This document shows positions 1 to 13,159 of a stretch of DNA of 64,000 bases, piece after piece. The stretch comes from Felis catus. Its lineage: Eukaryota. The notes beneath the pieces are model-generated. The model did no database searches, was not told the origin of the DNA, and saw nothing but the letters and a program-made list of their open reading frames with translations. A program made the translations under genes and the position numbers. The stretch spans positions 140,432,001-140,496,000 of the forward strand of contig NC_058368.1 of assembly GCF_018350175.1 (NCBI RefSeq), in the 5' to 3' direction. The first letter of the stretch is position 1. The number at the start of each line of letters is the position of its first letter.

Positions 1-17
1 CTAGAGTGGTGATTCTT

Positions 18-242
18 TTTTTTTTTTTTTTTTAATTTTTTTTTTTTCAACTTTTATTTTTGGGACAGAGAGAGAGCATGAACGGGGGAGGGGCAGAGAG
101 AGAGGGAGACACATAATCGGAAGCAGGCTCCAGGCTCTGAGCCATCAGCCCAGAGCCCGATGCGGGGCTCGAACTCACGGACCGCGAGATCGTGACCTGG
201 CTGAAGTCGGACGCTTAACCGACTGCGCCACCCAGGCGCCCC
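18..242 (-). mobile_element. Can-SINE, young felid SINEC_Fc type
   Basis: Poly-T, (GA)n and reverse tRNA head ending acccaggcgcccc. TSD tggtgattctt at 7-17 and 243-253. CpGs intact. Confidence 0.95.
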
Positions 243-884
243 TGGTGATTCTTAATCTAAGCAAAAAGTGGCAGGAACGTGTGAGAACCTGGGCTGTAGA
301 ACCGTGGGCTGAAGGTAAGAGGAAACCATGTCACACGGGTGAGTGTTCATATTTTTATACACAGCTCCAGCCGTGGAGGCTGAGATTAAGAAAGCATGTT
401 CGGAAGATTTGGCTTCATTGTACTCTGCGTAAGGTGGATTCGGGATTGGCAGCCTGCTCTTTTTGAATGTTGGTTGTTATTCTATTTCCTGGTTGAAAAT
501 GAGCTGAGAATTTTTAGATCAACAGTCTAACTGCATATAACCACGTCTGTGTGTTAATGATTAGTTTGGAGCTTGTGCTAAATATAACGTGTGAAGTCCC
601 AGGGATTATTTAACAAGAGAAAATGTTGGTTCTGCAGAGCCTAGTAAGTGTTGAAAATGGGCAGTGTACTTTAGTGGGAAACCTTGATGGAACCCTTCTC
701 TTGGGCCTGTCTTTGGTTGCCTTGTACAGCCTGGGGAGAGACATCCCATAATGCTTCATGTCTTCTAGGAAGGGACAGGACCCCGAGAGGTGGATTTTGT
801 GTACACAATTCTGAAAGGAGGGATTGGTTTCTGCCTTTTTCTGTGAGTTTAGCCTCTAATGATACTGATAATAACAAGCAGACC

Positions 885-1060
885 TAGTGCTTACATGGGC
901 CAGATGCTGTTGTAAGCCCTTTTTATGAATCATCTGATTTGATCCTTATAATGACCCTCTGCTGTTGGTAATGTTATCCCTGTAAGTAGGGAAAATAAGA
1001 GGGATTAAATGGCAGAGTCAAGATTTGAATCCAGGTGGTGGCACTCCAGATTTTGTGCCC
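885..1060 (-). mobile_element. MIR SINE remnant
   Basis: MIR-like motifs gtgcttac…ggcagagtcaagatttgaatccagg. Confidence 0.6.
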
Positions 1061-1140
1061 ACCATAGCTATCGGATACAAGTTAAAAAGTTCGTTTGGGC
1101 ACTTGGTACTCTGTCTTCTTCTGGTATTGTATTTAACCAT

Positions 1141-1590
1141 TGTATTCATTTCCTATTTTATAACAAATGAACACAAACTGCGGGCTTACATGCAGTTTTA
1201 GAGAAAAGAGAAATTTATTTTCTCACAGTTTTGGAGGCTAGAAACCCAATCAACCTGTTGACTGGGCCATGATCCCTCTGAAGTCTCTGCTAGAGGATTC
1301 CCTTCTTTCCTCTTCGCTTCCTGCTTCTCCTTGTTGTTGGCAATCCTCAAATTCCTTGGTTTTAAATGAATCCCTCCAATCTCTTCTTCCATGATGATGT
1401 AGCATTTTCCTGGGTGTCTGTTTGCTCTTCTTATAAAACACTACTCGTTGGGTTAAGGCCAATGCTAATCTGGTGTGACCTCATCTTAATTCATTGCATC
1501 TGCAAAGACCCCATTTCAAAATAAATTCACATTCCAAAGTTCTGAGCATGCATGAATTTGGGGGGGGGGTACTATTCAATTCAGTAAAAC
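1141..1590 (-). mobile_element. MaLR LTR (MLT1 family)
   Basis: gaaatttattttctcacagttttggaggctagaaa … gacctcatcttaatt…catctgcaaagacccc…tcacattc are typical of MLT1. Confidence 0.8.
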
Positions 1591-2349
1591 CATTAATTTT
1601 AGAAAAAGGGAAAATTGTGGACATCGTAAATTTTTAGCACAATGACTTCGGCTGCTCATAAACAGTTGGTAAGTACAGCCACGGAGAGGAGGTGAGTTAG
1701 GGGACTGGCTGGTACCTGCTCTTAGGTCAAGTACTTGCTCCTCAACAAGCAGATGAAAGAAGGGGGTTGCAAGCAGAGTGCAGAAGGAGCAGGTAGCAGA
1801 GAAAGGGTTTGGCCGCATCAGAATGCAGATGATGTCTGGTGGGCACTGACCTAGTGAGAAAGCAGTAAGAGCAACACTGTTGAAGAGCAAGCCCCTCGAG
1901 CTGATCATTTAAACCTTCTCTCAGTGACTTAAAGTGCATTTAGCTCATTCTGAATAAGAGAACCTGGGTAGTGTGTGGCCCTTTTTAGAGCAGTGTGTAT
2001 CAAGCATACCTTGCAGGGCCTGTAGGCTTAGCCAACAGGCAGAAAATCTCATTTAGAAGTCATTTGATCAGGCTGCATGGCTGAGGCATAAATCGTTCCC
2101 AACGTAATTTCTATGGCAACAGGACTTTATGACATATATCCATAACTCAAGTTTATGAATATCCACTTTGCATGTTTCGCTTTGGCCCGGTGAGCACAGA
2201 GCCAAATTTGGGGCTCATCTGTACAATTTGTGGAGGGCTTACCCCTTGTTTTCAGTTTATTTATATTCTTTCTGGCTTCCTTGCCCTTGTCTTGTACTGC
2301 TCTTTTTACCCCTTTTCTTCTTTATTTCTTTTTTTAAAAGTTTATTTAT

Positions 2350-2569
2350 GGGGCGCCTGGGTGGCTCAGTCGGTAAGGCGTCCGACTTCGGCTCAGGTCA
2401 CGATCTCGCGGTATGTGAGTTCGAGCCCCGCGTCGGGCTCTGTGCTGACTGCTCGGAGCCTGGAGCCTGTTTCGGATTCTGTGTCTCCCTCTCTCTCTGA
2501 CCCTCCCCCGTTCATGCTCTGTCTCTCTCTGTCTCAAAAATAAATAAACGTTAAAAAAAAAATTAAAAA
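2350..2569 (+). mobile_element. Can-SINE, young, inserted into the tail of an antisense SINE
   Basis: ggggcgcctgggtggctcagtcgg head, (CT)n, aataaa and A-tail. TSD aaaagtttatttat at 2336-2349 and 2570-2583. Confidence 0.95.
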
Positions 2570-2772
2570 AAAAGTTTATTTATTTTGAGAGAGACAGAGA
2601 CAGCATGAGTGGGGAGGGGGAGAGAGAGAGAGGGAAAGAGAGAGAATCCCAGTACGCTCTGTGCTGCCAGTGCAGGTGTAATGTGGGGCTCAAACCCACG
2701 AAACTGTCAGATCATGACCTGAGCCGGGGCCAAGAGTAGGACGCTTAACTGACCGAGCCACCCAGGTGCTCC
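2570..2772 (-). mobile_element. Older Can-SINE (host of the 2350 insertion; its tail continues at about 2326-2349)
   Basis: tttattttgagagag…atcatgacctgagcc…gagccacccaggtgctcc. Confidence 0.9.
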
Positions 2773-2775
2773 TGG

Positions 2776-2875
2776 TTTTGTTTTGTTTTTGTTTAATTTT
2801 ATTTTTAAGAGAGAGAGACAGAGTGTGAGTGGGGGAAGGACAGAGTGAGAGGGAGACACAGAATCCGAAGCAGGC
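2776..2875 (-). mobile_element. 5'-truncated Can-SINE fragment
   Basis: T-rich tail then gagggagacacagaatccgaagcaggc, ending abruptly. Confidence 0.8.
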
Positions 2876-3787
2876 GCTTTATAATCAGACTTGTTTTTAC
2901 TAATCTATCCTGACTGACCTGCTCAAGTACTCCTAGGAAGGAAGGGAGACATAAGTATTCCTGTGACAGAGAAGCGCTTAGGGCAGATCTCTGGCTGAGG
3001 ACATAGCACAGTGTCAGGGAGACCTGGCTCTGTTGCTTACTGTCACTCAGCTGTGGTTTTCTGTCCTGTGAAATCAGAGTGTTCCTGTCGGATGGCATCC
3101 TTAGGACAAAACGGGATAGCAAACGTAAAGCACCTGACACAGGGCCTGCCATGTATGGAGTGCTCCGAAGAGCAAGGAAGCATTCCCGAGAGGGGATGGT
3201 GTGAGCTGAGCCCGGAGATGGGAATACTGTGCGGGATTGGTGAGAGCATGGGGACGGGGACTCTCGAAGCCCACGTGCACCTCGTTCTTTCTGCCCATCT
3301 TTGCTCCGCGAGAAGCATGTGCTAGCTCCGGGAAGTCAGGAGGCCTGCCCGCTTCCCTGATGCCAGCAGAAGTGACTGAGAGATCTGAAACTCCTAACAC
3401 TGTTGACCAAGACTATTTTGGGAGATGGATTCATTAAAATTTTATTGCTTTCGTTCGTTTGTTTTTCTTCTCCATCCTCTCTATTTACTGCCTTCTGTTG
3501 TGTATAAACTTTTGAAGTCTGAAGAGCAGACAGCTGTTAATGTTGCCATTGGAGAACCACAGACACAACTTAAAATAAACTGATTGATTTCTAATGACAC
3601 AGAGAAGTGCTTACAGAATCAAGTGAAACGTGAAGATACACCATGGGGAAATTAGAATTTAAATTCTGTGGGGGAAAAGACTAGAAGGAAATGCTTCGGA
3701 TTGTTAACAGTTGTTTTCGGTGGAACTCTGTCCTGTTCTTTAGTCTTTCCTAGAGAGGCCTGTAATCATATTAAAAACAGAGGGAGA

Positions 3788-4000
3788 GGGGCGCCTGGGT
3801 GGTTCAGTCGGGAAGCGTCTGACTTCGGCTCAGGTCATGATCTCCTGGCTGGTGGGTTTGAGCCCGGCATCAGGCTGTGTGCTGACAGCTCAGAGCCTGG
3901 AGCCTACTTCCGATTCTGTGTCTCCCTCTCTCTCTGCCCCTCCCCCACGCACACTCTGTTCTCTCTCTCAAAAATAAACAAACGTTAAGAAAAATTAAAA
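3788..4000 (+). mobile_element. Can-SINE
   Basis: ggggcgcctgggtggttcagtcgg…ctgtgtctccctctctctctgcccc…aaaataaacaaacg, A-tail. Confidence 0.93.
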
Positions 4001-5387
4001 AAACAGGTAGAAAAACCCTCACACTAGATTGCATATTACTCCTTCTGATGGTGAGAGAGCAAGTTCTGTTCCTTTGGGACTTGATGGACTTGGGCGAGTA
4101 TAGTCTCAGCTAGAGGTTGTTGGTGTGATAGAGTTGCTAAGGAACCATACTGCCTTGCCTTCCTGCTACCTTCGCCCTGGGCCTGGGAACACCATAAAAC
4201 CATTCAGACCTCCTGGGTCCATGCATGCGTGTCACATGGAAATAGGAAGGAGGCTTTCGTGTGTGCTGGTGTTAGAAGTCGGAGGATGGACTGAATTTGA
4301 ATTGGAAATTGTTGTGTAACTAACTGCACGGATCACGTTGAGAATAGGTTTTCCCATGGTCTGTGCCAGTAACCTCTTTCTTGACACCCTCAAGTCAGAA
4401 GATTAGAATGCCTTTGCTCCGTGTTGGGTTTCCCTTCATCAGCGTCCAGTCATGTTCAGTGAGCAGAATCTCAGCTGGCACCTTGCCAGCAAGCGCCAAA
4501 TTAGACATAATTGCACATCAGTTTCACTTGCAGGTCTGGTGCTTACTGTGCCCTGCAGAAGCATGCCAGACCTGGAGCTTTGTTCTCCCTGGGAATAGCA
4601 TGCCCCAGAAGAAAGGTTACAGTGTAACTCATCGTCCAAACCTAGACATCTTTGTGGGCAAAGGGGGATTCTGTTAATCATGCCAAGGCAACAGTGTCCG
4701 CAGCAGAGTCAGCTGGGCCATTTCTGGGCAGACTGACACGTAGGGTCCCTCTGCTCCTTAGGATGGACCTTTCTCGGTCCTGTGAAATTGAACCTCCTTT
4801 CCTAGACAGCCACCTTGGGAGGAGAGGGGAAGCCAAAACAGTTGGAGAGTGTGCCGGGCATTTGAGAAAAGGGGAGGCAGGGTGCCTTTTCAGGGAAGTT
4901 GAACTAAAAATAGAGCACAGCCATTCAGCAGTTGCTCGGACACTTCAAACGCTCTCGCTCTCGGGTTTGTGCCATTGTTCGTTTCCTCTGCATTCCATGT
5001 GAGTCCCGTCTCCCTTTCCCCTGTGTTATAAAGGAGCTGGTCTCCAGGCTGCATCGGCTGGGATGCAGCCTGTTTAATATACCGAGGGAGCTGGATGAGA
5101 GGGTCACGAGGCCTCTTGTAGCTCTCTGAGCCGTGATTTTATAATAGGTAACCTAAGGCCTGCGCTGCATGAGAGATGAGGGGGCCACAAAGCAGGAACC
5201 CTTCCTGCTGAAAGGGCAGGGCCCCAGATCCTCTGTCCCTAGCTGTCCCACGCTCAGTGGCATGTTTCTCTCTGAGGGAAGGGAGTGCAGGCCTTTGACT
5301 GGAGGGTAGGTTTCCTGGTGGGGTGAGCAGTAGGTGTTGGGGATGCTGAGAGGAAAGAGAAAATGACACTATAGTTAATTCTGTAGG

Positions 5388-5588
5388 TCAGGCTTTCTCA
5401 GCCTCAACACTGCTGCCATTTTGGACTGGCCACTTCTTGGGTGGGGAGGGGAGGAAGGGACTGTTCGTTGTGGGATGTTTAGTGGCATCCCTGACACACC
5501 ATGTGCCAGCAGTACCCCTCCCCACCACGTTATGACAACCCAAAATGTTTCCACACATTGCCAAATGTCCCCACTCGAGAAACTGCTG
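5388..5588. mobile_element. hAT-Charlie MITE, MER20-like
   Basis: gatgtttagtggcatccctg…gacaacccaaaatgtttccacacattgccaaatgtcccc matches the recalled MER20 consensus. Confidence 0.75.
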
Positions 5589-5929
5589 TAGGTAAAGAAC
5601 CAAAATTGTTTTCTGGGTATTTCTGTATTGCTGGGCTTGCTTCTGGCCACGCTCCCACCTTAAGCTTTTATAATACCATTTACCCGACCAATTAGTGTTT
5701 GTGATGGTGGGTGGCGATTTAAAATGAAATAGCCTCACTTTCATGAGCTGGGATTTGGCTCCGAAATAAAGTGAGCTGAGCTCTTCCCCCCTCCCCTTTC
5801 AAGAGTGCATGAATAATAAAGTCTTTCTGCTGGGAATGGGATTAGGCTTTTTCCCACCTCTTAAAACTCTTTTTGCGGTATTTCTACCATGCCTAGTATA
5901 ACAGGTTTTTTCCTGACAAAAATGTTAAC

Positions 5930-6168
5930 GTTTACTTAAAAAAAAATTTTTTTTAATGTTTAGTTTTGAGAGAGAGAGCATGAAAGAAAGAACGAGAACG
6001 AATTGGGGAGGGGCAGAGAGAGAGAGAGGGAGACACAGAATCCGAAGCAGGCTCCAGGCTCTGAGCTGTCAGCACAGAGCCCCACGCGGGGCTCAAACTC
6101 ACAGATCACGAGGTCGTAACATGAGCCGAAGTCACACGCCTAACCGACTGAGCCAGCCAGGTGCTCCA
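5930..6168 (-). mobile_element. Can-SINE
   Basis: gagacacagaatccgaagcaggctccaggctctgagctgtcagc…gagccagccaggtgctcc, flanked by short repeat atgttaac. Confidence 0.92.
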
Positions 6169-6249
6169 GATGTTAACTTTTATAAAAAAGGGTTCTCACA
6201 TACAGCACATGTCACATGTTAATGCATTCATGCATCCTCTAAGGACCCA

Positions 6250-6356
6250 GTTATACTGCAGATATAGGAGATGTGGGCTGGGCCTGAGATTGCACATGTC
6301 AGACGAGTTTCCAAGTGTGCCCATGCTGTTGGTTCATAGGCCACACTTCAAGTAGT
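6250..6356. mobile_element. MER5-type hAT MITE fragment
   Basis: gggcctgagattgcac…ccatgctgttggttcataggccacacttcaagtag. Confidence 0.6.
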
Positions 6357-7531
6357 GAGTGTCTAAGAAGGACCAACTCTTGACAGTTGAAGAAGAGTTG
6401 GCAAATAGGTCCAGGAAGATGATCGAGCACTCTGAGTGGGGGCAGCATAAAGCTTTGGGCAATCTGCCGTTTGTGCGGGACTACCCACAGACCTTTCCGT
6501 GCACCGGACATGGTTGTCTGAGCCGTCTGTAGCATTGCAGGCTGTCAAGCAGCGGGAGGATCAAAGCTTGTAGCCAATTACCTGGCACCATGAGGAGCAA
6601 TTTAACAGGACAGCCTGAGACAGATGGCTGCACCCTCTGATTGGGCACTAAAGGGGTAGGCCAGTTCCAGAAAGGCAGCAGATTAGACCATTTTAGACTC
6701 TGAGATATTTGCTGGCTCCCTGGGTTCAGTTTGAGCAGAGAGAACGAGAACGAGTCACACAGGGGAACCGGCCCCTCCAAATAGCTTTGGCATAACTTGG
6801 TAGTTGCTGAGCTCTGCAGGGAGAGCAGCAACCAGGCACCTGCTCTCCTAGCAAGGGACACTCTCCCAGGGTATTGGGCAATATGAGGAACAGTTGGTGC
6901 CGTTCTTGTTGCTCTGAAGCCTTTGTTTCTGCAGGTCTGCTGGTACCAGGGATGGAGTGGGAGAAGGTACTAGGAACTGTGGGAAGAGAGTAAAACATAT
7001 CCAACTGGTGATGCAAGGAAGGTGGGAGCCCAGGCAACCCACTGTTCTTGTGCCACGAGTGGGGATTGGCTATCACTCTATAAATACAGCAGTGTCTTTG
7101 CATTGATTATTAAACCAACTAACTTAAAGACTGTATGTTATAGAAGTAATAAATTGTCATCCAAGCAAAAAAACCTGGAATGTAAAGAAAAATTTTAAAT
7201 AATCTTTAATTTTATTACCCAAGTATAATCATTGTGAGCATTTATTTAGACATAGTTCTTTGTAGTTTTTTTTCCCCTTCATATCTGTTTTGTTTAATCT
7301 ATGTTAAAATTAGTTAACATTCCTGTCACTCGGATGCAGGTATTAAAGTAAATTTGTTTTATTCATAATTATTCAAAGTTAGAGTGTCAATCTATAAAAA
7401 TCTTTGTGGGAGAACAGAAATAAATGAGTCCTTACATTCTCCAGAAGTCCAGAGACCCTGACTAAATCTTAAACCCCAGGTTCATGGGAGATTTGCATTT
7501 GAATAACTTTGCTCCTGCTGAATGAAAAGGA

Positions 7532-7542
7532 ACGCACACATG

Positions 7543-7577
<35 letters not shown>

Positions 7578-7578
7578 A
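7532..7578. repeat. Compound (CA)n/(CG)n microsatellite
   Basis: acgcacacatgcacacgcgcgcgcacaca…cacaca. Confidence 0.95.
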
Positions 7579-7829
7579 ACTATATTGCTTGTGTAGGGTT
7601 TTAGCACATTTCTGAGTTCTCTCACAGTATCCCTCTAGGAGGGAAAGTAGATCTCTTTAGTTTGTAAGTAAGGACAGGATAGTTAAAGTGGTTTAAAGAC
7701 TGATAGGGGGTACTAGTCTAGACCTCAACGTCTTTCCGTATGTCTTTACAGCAAGAAGCAGTTGAAGTAAGAAGATTGGGGATGAGAGAAATGTCACTTG
7801 ATTGAGTTAGGCACACACACCTATGTGCA

Positions 7830-8265
7830 CAGATTAATTTGTATAGTGCTATGTGACACATTACCCCCAAAACTTAGTGCAATAAAGCCACCCCTATGTT
7901 AAACTTGTAGATTCTCTGGGTTGGGTTTTCAGGCAAGCCACAGTCTCTCTCCATTTGCTGGACCAGTTAATGAGCTGGAAAAGCCTCAGAGGTGTGGCTG
8001 AAATGACTTGAAGACTGAACTCAGCTGGGCCTATTGTCCAGAGCAGCACCAGGTCGACTTTCCATGTGGCATGGTGGCTGGCTTCCAAGAGGGAAGGTTT
8101 TATGAGAGCAAGAGGAAACCACGTGGGATTTTATAACCTGGCTTCAAAAGACAGATAATACCACTTGGGCAATCCTTTATTCGTTAAAACCATTGTGAGT
8201 CTGCCCGGATTCATGGAGATGGGACCTAGACTCTACCTCTTAATGGAAGGAATCAAATAATTTTT
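7830..8265. mobile_element. Old MaLR LTR (MLT1)
   Basis: ttacccccaaaacttagtg…ccatgtggcatggtggctggcttccaagaggg…ctctacctcttaatggaagg. Confidence 0.65.
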
Positions 8266-8380
8266 AACCACTTAAAAAGAAAAAACACTATTTAGTTCAC
8301 ACTGTGCTGCAGCACTGATTAAATAAAAAATTAGCTTGGCTTGAAGTTAGCAAAGCTAAATGAAGAATGGGTTCCTTGTA

Positions 8381-8594
8381 GGGATGTCTGGGTGGCTCAG
8401 TCATTTCAGCATTCGACCCCAGCTCAGATCATGATCTCATGGTTCATGGGTTTGAGCCCCACATCAGGCTCTGTGCTGATAGCTCAGAGCCTGGAACCTA
8501 CTTCAGATTCTGTCTCTGTCTCTCTTCCCCTTCCCTGCTCATGCACGTGCACATGCTCGCTCTCATATAAAAAATAAAACATTAAAAAATTTAA
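8381..8594 (+). mobile_element. Can-SINE (older)
   Basis: gggatgtctgggtggctcagtc head. Diverged TSD aagaatgggttccttgta (8363-8380) / aagaataggttcattgta (8595-8612). Confidence 0.92.
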
Positions 8595-8660
8595 AAGAAT
8601 AGGTTCATTGTAAATAGAGAAATAAAAGATGTGTATGTTGTAAAGAAGCAATGAAAATAA

Positions 8661-10724
8661 CCATGAGCACATTTATTATAGTATGGGAAGTCCTAGGTGC
8701 ATCAATCAGACAAGGAAAAAGGCACCCAAATAGGTAAGGAAGAGGCAAAACTGTCACTATTCGCTGATGACGTGGTCCTGTACACAGAAAACCCTAAAGA
8801 TCACCAAAACACTATTAGAATAAATAAATTCAGTTAAGTTGCAGGATGCAAAATTAATATGCAGAAATCTCTTGAGTTTCTGCACTAATTCTATGTTAAT
8901 AACAAAGTGGCAGAAAGAAATGAAAACAAAACCACATTTACAATTGCACAAAAACAAAATATTGGAGGGTGGAGCAGCCGGGGGAAAGATTAAAATATCT
9001 AGGAAGAAAGTTGGAAAGATCTATACTTGGAGAACTGTAAAATATTGATGAAAGAAATTGAAGGCATACACATGGAAGATGTACCATCCTCATGGATTGG
9101 AAGAATTAATATTATTAAAATGTCCATTCTATCCAAGGCAGTTTACAGATTCAATGTAATCCGTATCAAAATACCAATAGCATTTTCCACAGAACCAGAA
9201 GATATAATACTAAAGCTTGTATGGACTACAAAAGATTTCAAGATACATTACAAAGCTATAGTAATCAAAATGGTATCGTACTGGCACAAAAATACATAAA
9301 TCAATGGAACAGAATAGATATCCCAGAAATCCACGTTTATGTGGTCAGTTAATCTAGGGCAAAGGAGGGGAGAAAATAAAATAGAGAAACGCCAGTCTTT
9401 TCAATGAATGGTACTAGGAAGATTGGAAGTTACATGGCAAAGACTGAAACTGGACCACTGTCTTACACATAAACGTAAACTTAATGTGAGACTTGAAACC
9501 ATAAAAATCCTAGAAGAGCAAACAGGCAGTAATTTTTTTGACGTGAACCTTGACAATACTTTTCTAGATTTGTGTCCTCAGGCAAGAGAAATAAAAGCAA
9601 AAATAAACTACACCAAATAGTGTATTTTGGACTACACCAAAATAAAAAACTTTTGCACCAGCAAACAAAACCATCAACAAAGTGAAAGGACAACTTCCTG
9701 AATGAAAGAAGATAATTGCAAATGATCTATCTGGTAAGGGGTTAATATCCAAAATATATAAAGAATTTATACAACTCAACACCAATAAATCCAATTTAAA
9801 AATAGAGGACTTGAATAGACATTTCTCCAAAGAAGACCTACAGATGGCTGAAAGACACATAAATAGATGCTCAGCATCACTAACCATCAAGGACATGCAA
9901 ATCTAAACCACAATGAGCTAACACTGGACACCAGTCAGAATGGCCAGTAGCAAAAAGTAGCACGTGTTGGCCAGGATGTGGTGAATAAGGAACCCTCATG
10001 CACTTGGGAATGTAAATTGGTGCAGTCACTGTGGAAAACAGTATGGAGGTTCCTCAAAAAATTAAAAGTAGAAATACCATACGACTCAGTAATTTGACTA
10101 TACCCAAAGAAAATGAAAACACTAGTTGGAAAATACATATGGACCCCTATGTTTGTTGCTATTTACAATAGCCAAGATATGGAAGCATCCCATGTCCACT
10201 GATAGATGAATGGACAAAGAAATAGTATATACACACATTATACATATATGTGTGCATATATACATATATTGTTAGCCATGAAAAAGAATGAGATCATATG
10301 TAACAACATGGATGGAAAGAACTAGACACTATTACACTAAGTCAAAGAAGTCTTTGAGAGACAAATATCAAGTGATTTCACTTATATGTAGAATCTAAAG
10401 AAAAAAAGACAGAAACCGATTCATAAATACAGAGAACAAACTGGTGATTGCTAGCCAGGAAAGGGATGGGCAAAATGGGTGAAGGGAAGTGGGAGGTACA
10501 GACTTCTAATTCTGGAATGAGTAAGTCACAGGGATGAAAGGTACAGCACAGGGTACATAGTCAGTGGTATTGTAATAGCATTATATGGTGACATATGGCA
10601 GCTAACACTTGTAGTGAGCACAGTGTGATGTATAGAGTTGTCAAATCACTGTGTGGTACATTTGACATTTGACATTAATTTCAAATGTACCCTTGTATAT
10701 CAGCTAAACTTCAGTTTTCAAAAA
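8661..10724 (+). mobile_element. 5'-truncated LINE-1 (degenerate ORF2 C-terminal part + 3'UTR), carnivore/laurasiatherian L1
   Basis: ORF2-like peptides ([14 protein letters not shown]…YRFN; YKAIVIK…WHKN) and L1 3' motifs. TSD caatgaaaataa at 8649-8660 and 10725-10736. Confidence 0.93.
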
Positions 10725-10739
10725 CAATGAAAATAATTG

Positions 10740-11135
10740 AAGTGAATAGAAAAATTGAAGCCAACCTAAGAGTTTGGCGTTTAAAGAGTGGTTTAAATAA
10801 TTTATGAAATCTGTGTATTGGCAATATCCTGCAGTCTTTGTAAAGAATGATGTAGCTCTATATGGAGTGACATGGAAATATATCCATCTATTAAGTGGAA
10901 ATAGTATTTACAGAAAAACGTGTATCCAATGATTCGTTAATATTTTACCGTAGTCTGTACATATATGTGAAAATTTTAGGAAACAGTCTTAAAGGAATCA
11001 TACCAAACTGTTATGGGGGTTTCTAATGAAGACAAGAATATGATGTGGGTGGGTCTTAGGTATGAAGGAGAGACAACTCACTTGTTACTCTCTATAGTTC
11101 TATGCTATTGAAATTTTATAGTCAGTAGTTTGTAT
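10740..11135 (+). mobile_element. Old L1 (L1M-type) 3'UTR remnant
   Basis: aagaatgatgtagctctatatgga…ggaatcataccaaactgttatgggggtt. Confidence 0.55.
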
Positions 11136-11219
11136 AAAACCAATCATGTGGATGGACTTCTGTTTAGTGCTGAAAACTAATGAACCGTACTATGTCTTTT
11201 GATTCAACATGCAATGGAT

Positions 11220-11433
11220 TTTTAAAAAAAAATTTTTATGTATATTTATTTTTGAGAGAGAGACAAATTGTGAATGGGGGAGGGGTGCAGAGAGAGAGAG
11301 GGAGACACAGAATCCGAAGCAGGCTCCAGGCTCTGAGCCGTCAGCACAGAGCCCAACGTGGAGCTTGAACCCATGAAGATCATGACCTGAGCCGGAGTTG
11401 CACGTTTAACTGACTGAGCCACCCAGGCGCCCC
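11220..11433 (-). mobile_element. Can-SINE
   Basis: gagacacagaatccgaagcaggctccagg…gagccacccaggcgcccc. Confidence 0.93.
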
Positions 11434-13159
11434 GAACATGTGAGGGATTTTTTTATTAGAAATCTGTAGAAGAAGAGCATTCTTCTAAGCACAATGTTAA
11501 ATTTAAGTGCTTTATTACTTACCTGTTCATATCATGAACCTAAAAATAGTGGCATAAAGTTTGGGGTGACAGGCATACTTTTTATGTTTGATGTTGAGTT
11601 ATTCTAGTTTCTAACCTAGTGTTACATGCTGAGTCCATTAAATCCAGCCAATTACCACTGTCCCCTGTCATAGTCATACTGGTTCATGAGCAGGTCTCAG
11701 TCGCAGTGTCAGTGCTTTCTTCCCCCCACACAAAGCTGTGCTCTCCCACCCTGTCCTACTTTGTTTTGCTAGTCTCAGAGTGTCTTGGCCCCATGTCAAA
11801 CTTTATTCCCCAGTATCACCTCATGGTTGTGAGCTGTTCATGATCCAAGTTGTCCTTATTGGAGATTGATAGTGACTTGCCTGAATTTGCACAGTTGAAT
11901 TCCTGGTTTTCCTTTTTCCTACCCTTTGTTGGCACAGTTAGTTAACTCTGCAAATTTAGAAAGTCCTAGGGGATAGCTGGGAAACGGAACCTATTTCTTG
12001 GGGTTTTGATGTTCCCAGGTACCTCAGTGTTCACAACCCAAACTTTTCAATCCTTTGGGACTTGTTCTAGAAAACTACCTATTATTGTAGAAATGTTATG
12101 GTCTGCCTTTTTGGTGCCTGCCTCTCTGATTCCAGCATTTAATAAGCTGGGGTGGAGTTTTGTTAAAATCTGAAAAGGACATTTCAGAATAAAGAAACTT
12201 TAATTGGGCACAACCACTTAGACTTTACTCTTGAGTGCCTCCTTTTGATATGGATTGTGTCTGGACCAGTTTGTCTAAGTCCTGGCTCTTGGTTCATAGG
12301 AAATAATGTCTTCTCTTTGCATATTATGTATACATTAGAAAATGAAAACTGTGTGAATAATACTGTGTGAAATTAAAAAATTTGATAGTGATTTTAGTAC
12401 TCCTGTATTGTTATGATTTGCTATGTGAGATTTTAACCTTCAAAATGTAGTAAAGTTGACTTGGTAAACATGTAAGTCAGGAGAGGGAATTGGTGGCTTC
12501 CTGGGCCTGCTGTTCTATCTTGCCTTCCTTGTGTTTTATGATAGGTAGAGATGCAGTAGGTGTGGTATTGCACAAGAAAGAACTGGTCTGCAGTACATCG
12601 TCATTGCCAGCCAGATTTAAGAAAATCTCTTTGTTGATTAGTTTTGCATTCTCTCCTCTTCACCAGAAAGTCTGCTCACTGGCAGCACAGTTCCTGAAAT
12701 GCATGGTGATTCCAAGTGACCTTTCCATAATGCCTTTAGTAGAAGTTAAGAGTAGACAGACATACTCATGTTGAGTGGAATCATGTAATCTTGCATTCTC
12801 TCTTAAATGAAATTAACTATATTCATATAATCAAATTGGGGAAATTCAGTAGCATTAGAAAAGATTTACAGCTTTAATAAGATTTAAACGGGTTTATTTC
12901 TAAGACAGTATTCTGGGGTTGGGTTTGTTGTTGATATTTTTTGTTTGTTTTTTGTTTTTGCTCCTTTTTTTTTTTAGCATCGAATAGTTCTCAAACTAAT
13001 AGAACAGGGCATAAGCACAAATGTAGATTTGGATCTGTATTTTAAAGGTGTGTAAGCCCTCTACTTATTTCTTGTCTTGCACACAACTCAATCACATTTT
13101 ATTTTTCAAACAATGATATTATTTAAAGTAATATCATAACGAGAGCTGGTAAGAGGGAC

